Part shown: positions 31,925-42,392 of the stretch, one piece after another
Position numbering within the stretch: position 1 is the first letter of the stretch
Layout of the letters: each line of letters begins with the position of its first letter
DNA from: Arcobacteraceae bacterium
GTDB lineage: Bacteria > Campylobacterota > Campylobacteria > Campylobacterales > Arcobacteraceae
Direction: 5' to 3'
Assembly: GCA_965224485.1 (NCBI GenBank)
Contig: CBDCZH010000016.1
Location: forward strand, 1-64,000
Length of the DNA stretch: 64,000 bases
Notes under the pieces: model-generated
The model's database searches: none
The model's input: the letters and a program-made list of their open reading frames with translations, nothing else
Told to the model about the DNA's origin: nothing
Program-made: the position numbers and the translations under genes

Positions 31925-32471
31925 TGTCTTCCTTTATAATAAAATTATAAGTTTTCATTCTTTTTATAATTGATTTTAAGATTTTAGCATTTTTTCTTTT
32001 TATAAAAGATTCAGCATTTAAAGACAAAGAGATAAACTCTTCATTTTTAGAATATTCTTCAAATCCTAGATTTTTATTATATTTCAAAGCATTCAAATTT
32101 TTTACTTTAACTTGGGCTTCTAAAGTATTTATTTGATATTTGTTAAAAATATAAGAAAGGAAATAAATAGGTAAAAATGACTTAAATAACAAAGAAGCAT
32201 CTTCTTTAAAAAATACTCCCCATTTCATATTTGCATTTATATCAAATATATTAATAGCTCCTATTATTTCACTATCATATATAAGTGCATAATATTTTTT
32301 ATCTTCATTATTCTCTAAACTTCTAAGCCAAGATAAGTGATTAAGTAAAAGAATTTCTCTTTCATCTAAAGAAGATTCTCTTATGCGATTAGAGTTTCTT
32401 ATTTTTAGAAGTTCTATATTTTCTTTTTTTGATAAAAGTAAATAATTTTTTAATATAATTGTTTTATTCAC
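31914..32471 (-). CDS. pseH: PseH-like GNAT N-acyltransferase (divergent)
   Basis: LLKIRNS.RIR, I....HLSW, AQVKVKNLNALKYNKNLGF; position after pseG. Confidence 0.7.
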   Translation of the reverse strand: MNKTIILKNYLLLSKKENIELLKIRNSNRIRESSLDEREILLLNHLSWLRSLENNEDKKYYALIYDSEIIGAINIFDINANMKWGVFFKEDASLLFKSFLPIYFLSYIFNKYQINTLEAQVKVKNLNALKYNKNLGFEEYSKNEEFISLSLNAESFIKRKNAKILKSIIKRMKTYNFIIKEDSEK

Positions 32472-33360
32472 AACTATCCTTTATTAGTATTTCCACATAA
32501 GTTTTTAAAATTTTCTCATTAAAAGAGTTAATTGCTAAGTAGTTCTTCTTTAACAAATACTCATGCATATATTTTTGATTTAAAGCTGTTTGTATTGTTA
32601 TAAATTTTGTTTTCATAAAAAGTAACTCATGAACAATAACACTAGGACTTACAATTGCAAAATCTACTTCATTTAAAATCTTTGCCATTTCCTTTGAATC
32701 AATAACTAAGTCTATTTTTTCATTTACACACTCTTTTAAAAGATTTATATTTTTATTTGAAGAGCTAGTTAGAATTATAATACTTATGTCAAAAGAACTT
32801 AAAGCTTTTACAATATCTAAAGAAATATTCTTTTCATCAACTCCACCCATACATATAAATATTTTAGGTTTAAGATTTTTAGTTTTTTTTATTTTAAAAT
32901 TTTTAAACTCATCTCTTATTAAAGTATAGTTCTCTCCACATCTAAGTTCACAATCTTTTGGAACTAAGTTTTTATACTGTTCATCTTTTGCATATACATT
33001 ATGATTTAATAAAATATCGCAATAATGTTTTTCATATGTATCATCTAAAACCATAAGAGAGCAAGAAGTTCTTTGTTTTAACTCTTTTTCATAAATATAA
33101 GAAATATCATATGAGTCTATAATGATTAAATCAAAACTATTTTTATTTACAAAAGCACATAATTCATCTAAAGCATTTGTTTTTAAAATATGAAGATTAT
33201 ATTTATTATCTTTTATTTCTTGATTTATATTACCTTCTAAATCTTCAACCACAAAAGTAATCTTAGAATTTTTAAACTCTTTTGCTAACACTAAATCTCT
33301 TTTAATATGACCTAAACCTATTTGGGATGAAGAATTTGCACGAATAAGGATATTTTTCAT
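32464..33360 (-). CDS. pseG: UDP-2,4-diacetamido-2,4,6-trideoxy-beta-L-altropyranose hydrolase
   Basis: ILIRANSSSQIGLGHIKRDLVLA, IIDSY, LIRDEF, ICMGGVD, ALNQ. Confidence 0.9.
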   Translation of the reverse strand: MKNILIRANSSSQIGLGHIKRDLVLAKEFKNSKITFVVEDLEGNINQEIKDNKYNLHILKTNALDELCAFVNKNSFDLIIIDSYDISYIYEKELKQRTSCSLMVLDDTYEKHYCDILLNHNVYAKDEQYKNLVPKDCELRCGENYTLIRDEFKNFKIKKTKNLKPKIFICMGGVDEKNISLDIVKALSSFDISIIILTSSSNKNINLLKECVNEKIDLVIDSKEMAKILNEVDFAIVSPSVIVHELLFMKTKFITIQTALNQKYMHEYLLKKNYLAINSFNEKILKTYVEILIKDSCE

Positions 33361-34056
33361 TTACTTACTTTTTTGCAAAACTTCATATAAAAGTTGAGCT
33401 CTTTGGAAATCTTCTAAAGTATCAATATCTTGTACTAAATGTCTTGGTAGAATAATAGGAATTGAATCAGCACCAAAAATTATCTCACTTGTTTTTTGTT
33501 TAATTTTATTCCAATAAAACTGCCCTGCATCTTGATAAGCTTCTTCTAAGTCTTGACTTCTTTTTGTAAAATTAGAAGGTTCAAACATTTCACATCTTTT
33601 CTCACCATTTATTTTAAAAGTTCTCTGTATTGGAAAAGGCATTGACGTACAAGAAAAAGCATATTTCGCAGATGAGTTTTTTAATTTCTCAAAACCTTCA
33701 AGTAAGTATTTTACTTGTAATAAAGGAGCAGTTGCATAAATAGTACAAGAATAATCAAACTCTTCATCCCTATCTTTTAAAAACTTTAAAGCATGAGAGA
33801 CAACAACACCTGTTCCACTATAATCATCGCTTAACTCTAGAGGTCGTAAAAATGGAACTTCTGCCCCATACTCTAAAGCAACTTTTTTTATTTCTTCATC
33901 ATCAGTTGAAACTATAACTTTAGAAAAAAGCTTTGACTCTAAGGCAACTTTTATTGAATAAGCAATCAAAGGAAGTCCTGCAAAATCTTTAATATTTTTC
34001 TTAGGTATTCTTTTACTTCCACCTCGAGCTGGAATTATTGCAATTAATTTTGGCAT
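33361..34056 (-). CDS. pseF: pseudaminic acid cytidylyltransferase
   Basis: AIIPARGGSKRIPKKNIK, VSTDD, IYATAPL, RSQDL..AYQDAGQFYW, QDIDT. Confidence 0.93.
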   Translation of the reverse strand: MPKLIAIIPARGGSKRIPKKNIKDFAGLPLIAYSIKVALESKLFSKVIVSTDDEEIKKVALEYGAEVPFLRPLELSDDYSGTGVVVSHALKFLKDRDEEFDYSCTIYATAPLLQVKYLLEGFEKLKNSSAKYAFSCTSMPFPIQRTFKINGEKRCEMFEPSNFTKRSQDLEEAYQDAGQFYWNKIKQKTSEIIFGADSIPIILPRHLVQDIDTLEDFQRAQLLYEVLQKSK

Positions 34057-35177
34057 AAAACATCTTTTATACTTTTAATTACATATTCTTGTTCGGCAAA
34101 AGAGAGTGAAAAATACATAGGTATTGAGATAGTACTCTTGTAATACTCATTCATTACAGGAGTTTCTTCATTTCCATATCCAAGCTGTTTATAATATGGC
34201 TGTTTATTTATAGGAATATAATGATATTGGCAACCTACATTTAGCGCCCTTAGCTTTAAAACAAAATCTTTTTTAGATATTTTAAACTTTTCAAAATCTA
34301 TTCTTAGAACATATAAATGATAAGAAGAGTTTTTAGTATATGAGTATAAAGCGCTTACCCCCTCAAAAGAAGAAAATTCTTTCTCATATTTTAACGCTAA
34401 TTCATGACGTTTTTTTATAAAAGTATCAAGTCTTTTAAGTTGAGATAGTCCAAGAGTACATTGAATATCTGTAATTCTATAATTAAAACCTAAAACTTCC
34501 ATATCATAATGCCAAGGAGCTATTGAAGAGTTTGCACTCATTCCATGATTTCTTAAAAGTAATAATTCTTCATATAGTTTTTTGTCATTTGTAGTAATAG
34601 CTCCACCTTCACCTGTAGTCATATGTTTAACTGGATGAAAAGAAAAAGTAGAAATATCACTATTCTTACAAGAACCTGCTTTTATTTCTTCAAATAAAGA
34701 CCCAATTGCATGAGCATTATCTTCTAAAATTTTAATTTTAAATTTCTCTCTTAGATATTTTAACTTATTTTGATTTATAGGATTTCCTGAAAAAGAAACA
34801 GCATAAATAGCTTTTATACTAGGATCTTTTATAAGTGCTTCTTCACATAAATCTAAATTGATATTTCCATCTTCACAAATATCAATAAAAATTGGTTTTG
34901 CCCTTGCATAAAGAATTGCATTTGAAGTTGCTAAAAAAGAGTTAGGAGTAGTTAATACATTATCATCTTTTTGTAGAAGCACAAGTGAGCTTAAATGAAG
35001 AGCTGCTGTTCCATTACAAAGAACTATACAATATTTAGCTCCTGTATACTTGCAAAGTGCATCTTCAAACTCTTTAACTTTAGGTCCAGTTGTTAAATAA
35101 GAACTTTCTAAGGTTTCAACAACTGCTTCTATATCTTCTTTAGATATGTTTTGTTTACCATAAGGAATAAAATCCAT
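34044..35177 (-). CDS. pseC: UDP-4-amino-4,6-dideoxy-N-acetyl-beta-L-altrosamine transaminase
   Basis: IPYGKQNI, LTTGP, FSFHPVKHMTTGEGG, GFNYRITDIQ; follows pseB. Confidence 0.93.
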   Translation of the reverse strand: MDFIPYGKQNISKEDIEAVVETLESSYLTTGPKVKEFEDALCKYTGAKYCIVLCNGTAALHLSSLVLLQKDDNVLTTPNSFLATSNAILYARAKPIFIDICEDGNINLDLCEEALIKDPSIKAIYAVSFSGNPINQNKLKYLREKFKIKILEDNAHAIGSLFEEIKAGSCKNSDISTFSFHPVKHMTTGEGGAITTNDKKLYEELLLLRNHGMSANSSIAPWHYDMEVLGFNYRITDIQCTLGLSQLKRLDTFIKKRHELALKYEKEFSSFEGVSALYSYTKNSSYHLYVLRIDFEKFKISKKDFVLKLRALNVGCQYHYIPINKQPYYKQLGYGNEETPVMNEYYKSTISIPMYFSLSFAEQEYVIKSIKDVLCQN

Positions 35178-35179
35178 TT

Positions 35180-36193
<1,014 letters not shown>

Positions 36194-36365
36194 TTAAATA
36201 TTATATTATCTAATAATGTATACAATTATGCTTATATTTTCTTTACTGCATAAAAAGAAAAATAATAATTTAATAAAAAAATATAACAAATTGCAATAAA
36301 AACACCAACTTTAAATATAACTTGCTAAACTTACAACATAAAAAGAATTAATAACAGGAAAAATT

Positions 36366-37391
36366 ATGGATGACAATCAAAGAAAATCTTTAGACTTAGC
36401 AATAAAACAAATTGATAAAACTTTTGGGAAAGGTACATTAATTAGATTAGGGGACAAAGAAATAGAACCTATTGAAACAATTAGTACTGGTTCTTTAGGG
36501 CTTGATTTAGCTCTTGGTGTTGGAGGACTTCCTAGAGGTAGAGTTGTTGAAATTTATGGACCTGAGAGTTCTGGTAAAACTACTTTAACACTTCATGCCA
36601 TAGCAGAGTGTCAAAAAGCTGGTGGAGTTTGTGCTTTTATTGATGCAGAGCATGCTTTAGACGTTTTATATGCAAAAAACTTAGGTGTTGATATTGAGAA
36701 TTTACTTGTTTCTCAACCTGATTATGGTGAGCAAGCATTAGAAATACTTGAAACTGTAATTCGTTCAGGTGCAGTTGATTTAATTGTTATTGATTCTGTT
36801 GCAGCTTTAACTCCTAAAGTTGAAATTGATGGTGATATGGATGATATTCAAGTTGGAGTTCAAGCAAGACTTATGAGCAAAGCTTTAAGAAAAATTACTT
36901 CTGTTTTACATAAAATGAATACAACTGTAATATTTATTAATCAAATTAGAATGAAAATTGGAATGACAGGATATGGAAGTCCAGAAACTACAACAGGTGG
37001 AAATGCTTTAAAGTTTTACTCTACAATAAGACTTGATATAAGAAGAATTGCTACACTTAAACAAGCTGAAAATGCAATTGGAAATAGAGTTAAAGTAAAA
37101 GTTGTTAAAAATAAAGTAGCACCTCCATTTAAATTAGCAGAATTTGACATCATGTTTGGTGAGGGAATTTCAAAAATGGGTGAATTAATTGATTATGGAG
37201 TTAAGCTTGATATTGTTGATAAAGCAGGATCATGGTTCTCATATAAAGATGCTAAGATTGGTCAAGGTAAAGAAAACTCCAAAGTATTTTTAAGAGAAAA
37301 TCCAGAAATTGCTATAGAAATTGAAAAAAGAATTTTAGAAGCAATGGGTGTTGGTGATACAGAATTTGATGCTGTTGTGGATAGTGAGTAA
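36366..37391 (+). CDS. recA: recombinase A
   Basis: [42 protein letters not shown]. Confidence 0.99.
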   Translation: MDDNQRKSLDLAIKQIDKTFGKGTLIRLGDKEIEPIETISTGSLGLDLALGVGGLPRGRVVEIYGPESSGKTTLTLHAIAECQKAGGVCAFIDAEHALDVLYAKNLGVDIENLLVSQPDYGEQALEILETVIRSGAVDLIVIDSVAALTPKVEIDGDMDDIQVGVQARLMSKALRKITSVLHKMNTTVIFINQIRMKIGMTGYGSPETTTGGNALKFYSTIRLDIRRIATLKQAENAIGNRVKVKVVKNKVAPPFKLAEFDIMFGEGISKMGELIDYGVKLDIVDKAGSWFSYKDAKIGQGKENSKVFLRENPEIAIEIEKRILEAMGVGDTEFDAVVDSE

Positions 37392-37409
37392 AAAAGCTTA
37401 GCTTTTTTA
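37389..37409. terminator. short hairpin at recA stop (possible weak terminator)
   Basis: taaaaaagc-tta-gctttttta inverted repeat; AT-rich stem. Confidence 0.35.
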
Positions 37410-37495
37410 AATGAATAATTAATAATGAATAGTGAATAATATTTTGATTCACTATTCTCCATCTACCACTAACTATAAACTATAAACTATTTTAC
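37410..37495. repeat. inverted pair of degenerate heptamer arrays between recA and eno
   Basis: aatgaat|aattaat|aatgaat|agtgaat then attcact|attctcc|atctacc|actaact|ataaact|ataaact; perfect 11-bp inverted repeat gaatagtgaat (37427-37437) / attcactattc (37447-37457). Confidence 0.7.
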
Positions 37496-37609
37496 TAAAC
37501 TTATACAAATACACCCTCTATCTTAGAACTTACCAAACAACATATAAACTAGCTTTGGATATAATTGGCAAATTTTAACAAATGAACTAATCTTAAATAG
37601 GAGAAACAC

Positions 37610-38884
37610 GTGGTATTTATTGATAATGTATATGCTGATGAAGTAATGGATTCAAGAGGAAATCCAACTGTAAGAGCTACAGTTGTTTTAAGTGATGGAA
37701 CAAAACAAAGTGCAATTGTACCAAGTGGTGCTAGTACTGGAAAAAGAGAAGCACTAGAATTAAGAGATGATGATCACAGATATATGGGAAAAGGTGTTTT
37801 AAAAGCTGTAGAAAATGTAAATACTACTATTTCTGATGAATTATTAGGAATGTCTCCTTTTAATCAAGCTGAAATTGATGCAACAATGAAAGATATTGAT
37901 GGAACTTCAAATTATGCTAATCTTGGAGCAAATGCAGTTTTAGGTGTATCAATGGCAGTTGCTAGAGCAGCTGCTGCATCTTTGAATATTCCTTTATACA
38001 GATATTTAGGAGGAGCAAATGCTATGACTATGCCTGTTCCTATGTTTAATATTATAAATGGTGGAGAGCATGCTAATAACTCTGTTGATTTTCAAGAATA
38101 TATGATTATGCCTGTAGGTTTTGAAGATTTTAAAGAAGGTCTTAGAGCAGTATCAGAAATTTATCATCATCTTAAAAAAATAATTGATGAAATGGGTGAA
38201 TCAACTGCCGTAGGTGATGAAGGTGGTTTCGCACCAAATTTAAAATCAAATGAAGAACCTTTAGAAGTAATTATGAAAGCTATTAAAGCTGCTGGTTATA
38301 AAGCTGGTGAGCAAATTGCTTTAGCTTTAGATGTAGCTGCGTCAGAAATTATTAATGATAAAGGTCTTTATGTTTTAAAATCTGAAAACAGGGAATTAAC
38401 AAGTAAAGAATTAGTTTCTTATTATGCTAATTTATGTGAAAAGTACCCTATTGTTTCAATTGAAGATGGTTTAAGTGAAGATGATTGGGACGGATGGAAA
38501 ATCATGACAGATGCACTTGGAGATAAAATCCAAATTGTGGGAGATGATTTATTTGTAACTAATGCTTCTATTTTAGATGAAGGAATTAAAAAGAATATTG
38601 CAAACTCAATTTTAATTAAACCAAATCAAATAGGAACCATTAGTGAAACTATGCTTACTATTAGACTAGCACAAAGAAATAACTATAAATGTGTAATGTC
38701 ACATCGAAGTGGAGAGAGTGAAGATACATTTATTGCAGATTTCGCAGTAGCATTAAATTGTGGTCAAATCAAAACTGGAAGTACAGCTAGATCTGATAGA
38801 ATTGCTAAATATAACAGACTATTAGAAATAGGTGCAGAAATTGGATATGCTGAATATTTAGGAAAAAGAACTTTTTCTAAATAA
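37610..38884 (+). CDS. eno: enolase
   Basis: [42 protein letters not shown] start after RBS aggag. Confidence 0.99.
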   Translation: MVFIDNVYADEVMDSRGNPTVRATVVLSDGTKQSAIVPSGASTGKREALELRDDDHRYMGKGVLKAVENVNTTISDELLGMSPFNQAEIDATMKDIDGTSNYANLGANAVLGVSMAVARAAAASLNIPLYRYLGGANAMTMPVPMFNIINGGEHANNSVDFQEYMIMPVGFEDFKEGLRAVSEIYHHLKKIIDEMGESTAVGDEGGFAPNLKSNEEPLEVIMKAIKAAGYKAGEQIALALDVAASEIINDKGLYVLKSENRELTSKELVSYYANLCEKYPIVSIEDGLSEDDWDGWKIMTDALGDKIQIVGDDLFVTNASILDEGIKKNIANSILIKPNQIGTISETMLTIRLAQRNNYKCVMSHRSGESEDTFIADFAVALNCGQIKTGSTARSDRIAKYNRLLEIGAEIGYAEYLGKRTFSK

Positions 38885-38892
38885 TTTTTTTA

Positions 38893-39141
38893 ATGAAAAA
38901 GAAAAGAAGAAACAATGATGTAAAGAAATTTACAATAATAGCAATTTTTTCAATTGTTATTACGTTGTTTCTAAGCTATCATGTGGCAAACTTATTATTT
39001 GGAGTGAACTCTTATGAAGTATTAAACTCTTTAATGAATAAAAAAGAGTATTTAAGAAAAGAGATTATCAGATTACAACAAGATAATGCCAGACTTCAAA
39101 AAGAGTATTTTGAACTTAAAAACTTGGAGCCAGAAGAATGA
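38893..39141 (+). CDS. septum formation initiator (FtsB/DivIC-like)
   Basis: small TM + coiled-coil protein directly after eno; LLFG..S...NARLQKEYFELK. Confidence 0.65.
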   Translation: MKKKRRNNDVKKFTIIAIFSIVITLFLSYHVANLLFGVNSYEVLNSLMNKKEYLRKEIIRLQQDNARLQKEYFELKNLEPEE

Positions 39142-39908
39142 AAAGATTTTCATATTTACTAACTATTTTAATCATGACCTTATCTCTAAATGCTAGAGAG
39201 AACCCTTTTACAGCTACTCAAGCATACAGTGAAGAGGAAGCAAGACTTTTAGAAATGGAAGCTGATTTTCCATCTAAACAGTATCAAAAAAAATCTATAG
39301 ATGAACTTGATTTAGAAGATATGAGTCCTAGAAAAATGCCTGTAAATACACCACATCCTAATGCTGTATATAAAACAGAAACACAGATAAAAGCAGAAGC
39401 TTACGCTAAAAAAACTATGCTAAATTTAAAGAAAAAAGAGAATGAAATAAAAACAGCCATGAGAAAAGTTCAAATGGCTAAGAAACTTGCAGATGAATCA
39501 ATACAAATGCAAAAAGAGGAAATACAAAAACAAGGTCCTATGTTATTTGTAAAATTAAGAGAAGATGTAAAAAGTCTTAACTCTTTAGATATCCTTCCTT
39601 TTTTATCAATTGAATACTCTGATTTAGAGTTAAATATTCATACTAAATATAAGGTATTTAAAAAACTGTATTTACCAGATGAAAACAAACTTATTATTGA
39701 TTTTTATGGAAATGTAACTTTCTTTACGAAAAGATATGATTTAGATTCAGATAATTTTTCTAAAATTGTTTTAGGTAATCATAAAAAAGAGAAATTCTTT
39801 AGAGTAGTTTTAGTAACTAAAGAACAACCTTCTTTATATAATGTAACTTATGATGAAGATTTAGTTAACATTTCTTATATGCAAGAAATGATTGATGACT
39901 CTAATTAA
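39138..39908 (+). CDS. exported AMIN-domain protein
   Basis: signal peptide then ARENPF; C-terminal KLIIDF...IVLGNHK..FFRVVL. Confidence 0.7.
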   Translation: MKRFSYLLTILIMTLSLNARENPFTATQAYSEEEARLLEMEADFPSKQYQKKSIDELDLEDMSPRKMPVNTPHPNAVYKTETQIKAEAYAKKTMLNLKKKENEIKTAMRKVQMAKKLADESIQMQKEEIQKQGPMLFVKLREDVKSLNSLDILPFLSIEYSDLELNIHTKYKVFKKLYLPDENKLIIDFYGNVTFFTKRYDLDSDNFSKIVLGNHKKEKFFRVVLVTKEQPSLYNVTYDEDLVNISYMQEMIDDSN

Positions 39909-41018
39909 AATCATAACAATTAAAACTTCAAGAATTGAAGCTAAAATAAAAGCATAATAATAAAATTGTGTAATTGAATGACTATGATATGCTAAAGTAG
40001 AAACAGCAATTAACAGTGTTAAAGGCATTGAGTGAGAAAGACCAAGAAGCAAAAAGTTTTTCACTCCAATGTCTTTTATATATAACATAGAAGCACATAA
40101 TCTAATAAAGATCATTGCTAAAGTAATAATAAGAGCTGTTGCAAATAAACCTTCATCAAATAAAGCTTTTAATTCAAAAGAAGACCCTACGTATACAAAA
40201 AATATAGGGACTAACCAACCAAATCCAAAGTGTTCTAGTTTTGAAGGTAAAGACTTATTATGCTCAAAGAATGTTGTTATAAAAGTCCCAGCTATAAAAG
40301 CTCCAAAAGCAACCTCTAAATGTAAATATAACATAACAGAAATCATAAAAAAGAAAATTGCCATAGAAACTCTAATATCTTGCTCTTGATGATCTTCTTG
40401 TGGCATTAAATACGTTTTAATTTCAGGGAACCACCAAATAGCATTATGAAAAAGTTTATATACAAAAATAAGCGCAATTAAAAATATTAAAAATAACATC
40501 ATAGTTTTTGCAAATTCAAAGCCAAACCCTAGCTCTAAACCAGCAGAAACAGTTGTTAAAACAACAATTGAAATAATTTCACCTATTAGTCCAACTACTA
40601 TTGATAATTTAATCCAAGGAGTTTCTCCGTACTCTTTTTTTAAAGCAGCTATTAGACCAATTGATATTAAAGGAAGGGTTACTATAAAGATTTTTCCTAA
40701 ATCGAAGTACCAGGTAATCAAAAAAGACAAAGTATATAAAATAGCATTATATAAAAGTGCTTTTTTAAGTTCAGCTTTAGATAAATTAATAAGTTTTTTT
40801 AAATCAACTTCAAGGCCAGCTAAAAACATCAGATATAAAAAACCTAATTCAGCAACAAGCTCAAAAATAGAGTGCTCTACTATAAGAGAGAAATACACAA
40901 AAAGTGATCCTAAAATAATTTCAACAGGAATAGTAGGTATTTTTGTCAGTTTTGAAATTAAAGGTGAGCTGAAAATTATAAAAGATAAGGACATAATAAT
41001 TAATATTTCTTCACTCAT
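39861..41018 (-). CDS. cation:proton antiporter (CPA2-like)
   Basis: very hydrophobic; AELGFLYLMFLAGLEVD, GAFIAG, PIFFVYVG. Confidence 0.85.
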   Translation of the reverse strand: MSEEILIIMSLSFIIFSSPLISKLTKIPTIPVEIILGSLFVYFSLIVEHSIFELVAELGFLYLMFLAGLEVDLKKLINLSKAELKKALLYNAILYTLSFLITWYFDLGKIFIVTLPLISIGLIAALKKEYGETPWIKLSIVVGLIGEIISIVVLTTVSAGLELGFGFEFAKTMMLFLIFLIALIFVYKLFHNAIWWFPEIKTYLMPQEDHQEQDIRVSMAIFFFMISVMLYLHLEVAFGAFIAGTFITTFFEHNKSLPSKLEHFGFGWLVPIFFVYVGSSFELKALFDEGLFATALIITLAMIFIRLCASMLYIKDIGVKNFLLLGLSHSMPLTLLIAVSTLAYHSHSITQFYYYAFILASILEVLIVMILIRVINHFLHIRNVN

Positions 41019-41033
41019 TTCTCTAGCCCTTTT

Positions 41034-41885
41034 TTAATTTATTTCTCGCTCAATTGTAAAACCTAATCTTTCTAACTCTCGTATATCATCAGCAGGAGAT
41101 TTTCCAGCAGTTGTCAAATAATCACCAATTACAAAAGCATTTGCACCTTTATCAAAGATTTTATACTCTTCATCTCCAAACATTAACTCTCTTCCACCTG
41201 CAACCATAATCTTTTTAGCATTTGGAACCATTTCTCTAGCTAGGGTGATTAACTCAAAAGCTTTTTTTCTTGTAATAGAATTTGTAACTAAAGGAAGAGC
41301 TTTATTTGGATGAAAAAAGTTCAAAGGAACATTCATAGGATTTAAAGAAGCAATTGATTCAAGCATTGAAATTCTTTGCTCTTGTGTTTCTCCTAATCCA
41401 AAAATTCCACCACAAACAAGTCTTAATCCAACTTTGTTTACATTTAAACAGGTTTCATATCTTTCATCCCAGCTATGAGTTGTTACAATTTGGGGATAAA
41501 AATCTCTTGATGTTTCTAAGTTATGATTATAAGCATCAACTCCCGCTTCTTTTAAGCTTTGTATTTGTTCAAGCGAAGCTGTTCCATTACAGGCAATTAA
41601 AATAAGTCCTAAGTTCTCTTTTTTTACTGCACGTGCTGCTTTACAAACAAATTCTAGTCGTTTAGGAGTTAAACCTTTTCCAGCAGTAACCAAACAAAAA
41701 CCATTAGCATTATTTGCTCTTGCTCTTTTAGCTTCTGCAACTATATCATCAATTTCTTTTGTTTTATATCTATTTATATCAGCTTTGTACCTAACACTTT
41801 GAGTACAGAACTTACAATCTTCATTACAGGTACCGCTCTCTATATTACATATAGCACATAAAAAGATATTACTTTTTTCGCTCAT
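41034..41885 (-). CDS. bioB: biotin synthase
   Basis: CNEDCKFCTQS radical SAM motif, YNHNLETS, CGGIFGLGET, AGGRE, GDYLTT. Confidence 0.95.
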   Translation of the reverse strand: MSEKSNIFLCAICNIESGTCNEDCKFCTQSVRYKADINRYKTKEIDDIVAEAKRARANNANGFCLVTAGKGLTPKRLEFVCKAARAVKKENLGLILIACNGTASLEQIQSLKEAGVDAYNHNLETSRDFYPQIVTTHSWDERYETCLNVNKVGLRLVCGGIFGLGETQEQRISMLESIASLNPMNVPLNFFHPNKALPLVTNSITRKKAFELITLAREMVPNAKKIMVAGGRELMFGDEEYKIFDKGANAFVIGDYLTTAGKSPADDIRELERLGFTIEREIN

Positions 41886-42390
41886 AAATTTTCTCTTCTT
41901 TTATAAAATTATTTTCATTTATATTTCTTGAGTAATAATTAATTATATACTCATCTTCATTAATTTCTAGCAAAACACACTCTATATTATTGCTATCTCT
42001 TGCACAAACTTCACCTGGATTTAAAAAAAGTGTTTTATTAATATATTCACTTTTAAAAATATGTGTATGACCAAAAATAATAATATCGCAATCATCTGGA
42101 CTCATATAAAATGGTAGATGCATTAATTTGATTTTTAAATCTTTAATCTTAAAATAATAAGGTTCTTGTTTAATGACAAAATCATTGCAATAAGAAACTA
42201 AATCATTATCATTATTTCCAAAGACACTAACATAAGGTAAATTAGTCTCTTTTAAAAGTTCTAAATTACTTTTTAAAACTAAGTCACCTGCATGAATAAT
42301 ATATGTAGCCCCTTTATTTATTAAAAAGTCTAAAACTTCTTTAGTATAAGAAGTTTTAGTATGACTATCAGATAAAACAGCTATTTTCAT
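41869..42390 (-). CDS. YfcE-like metallophosphoesterase
   Basis: VLSDSH, IHAGD, GNND, FGHTH, LNPGE. Confidence 0.88.
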   Translation of the reverse strand: MKIAVLSDSHTKTSYTKEVLDFLINKGATYIIHAGDLVLKSNLELLKETNLPYVSVFGNNDNDLVSYCNDFVIKQEPYYFKIKDLKIKLMHLPFYMSPDDCDIIIFGHTHIFKSEYINKTLFLNPGEVCARDSNNIECVLLEINEDEYIINYYSRNINENNFIKEEKIYERKK

Positions 42391-42392
42391 AA

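Noticed and set aside
37410..37495. CRISPR array or small RNA gene
   Set aside because: Units are 7 bp with no spacers and no cas genes are present; no recognisable RNA family features
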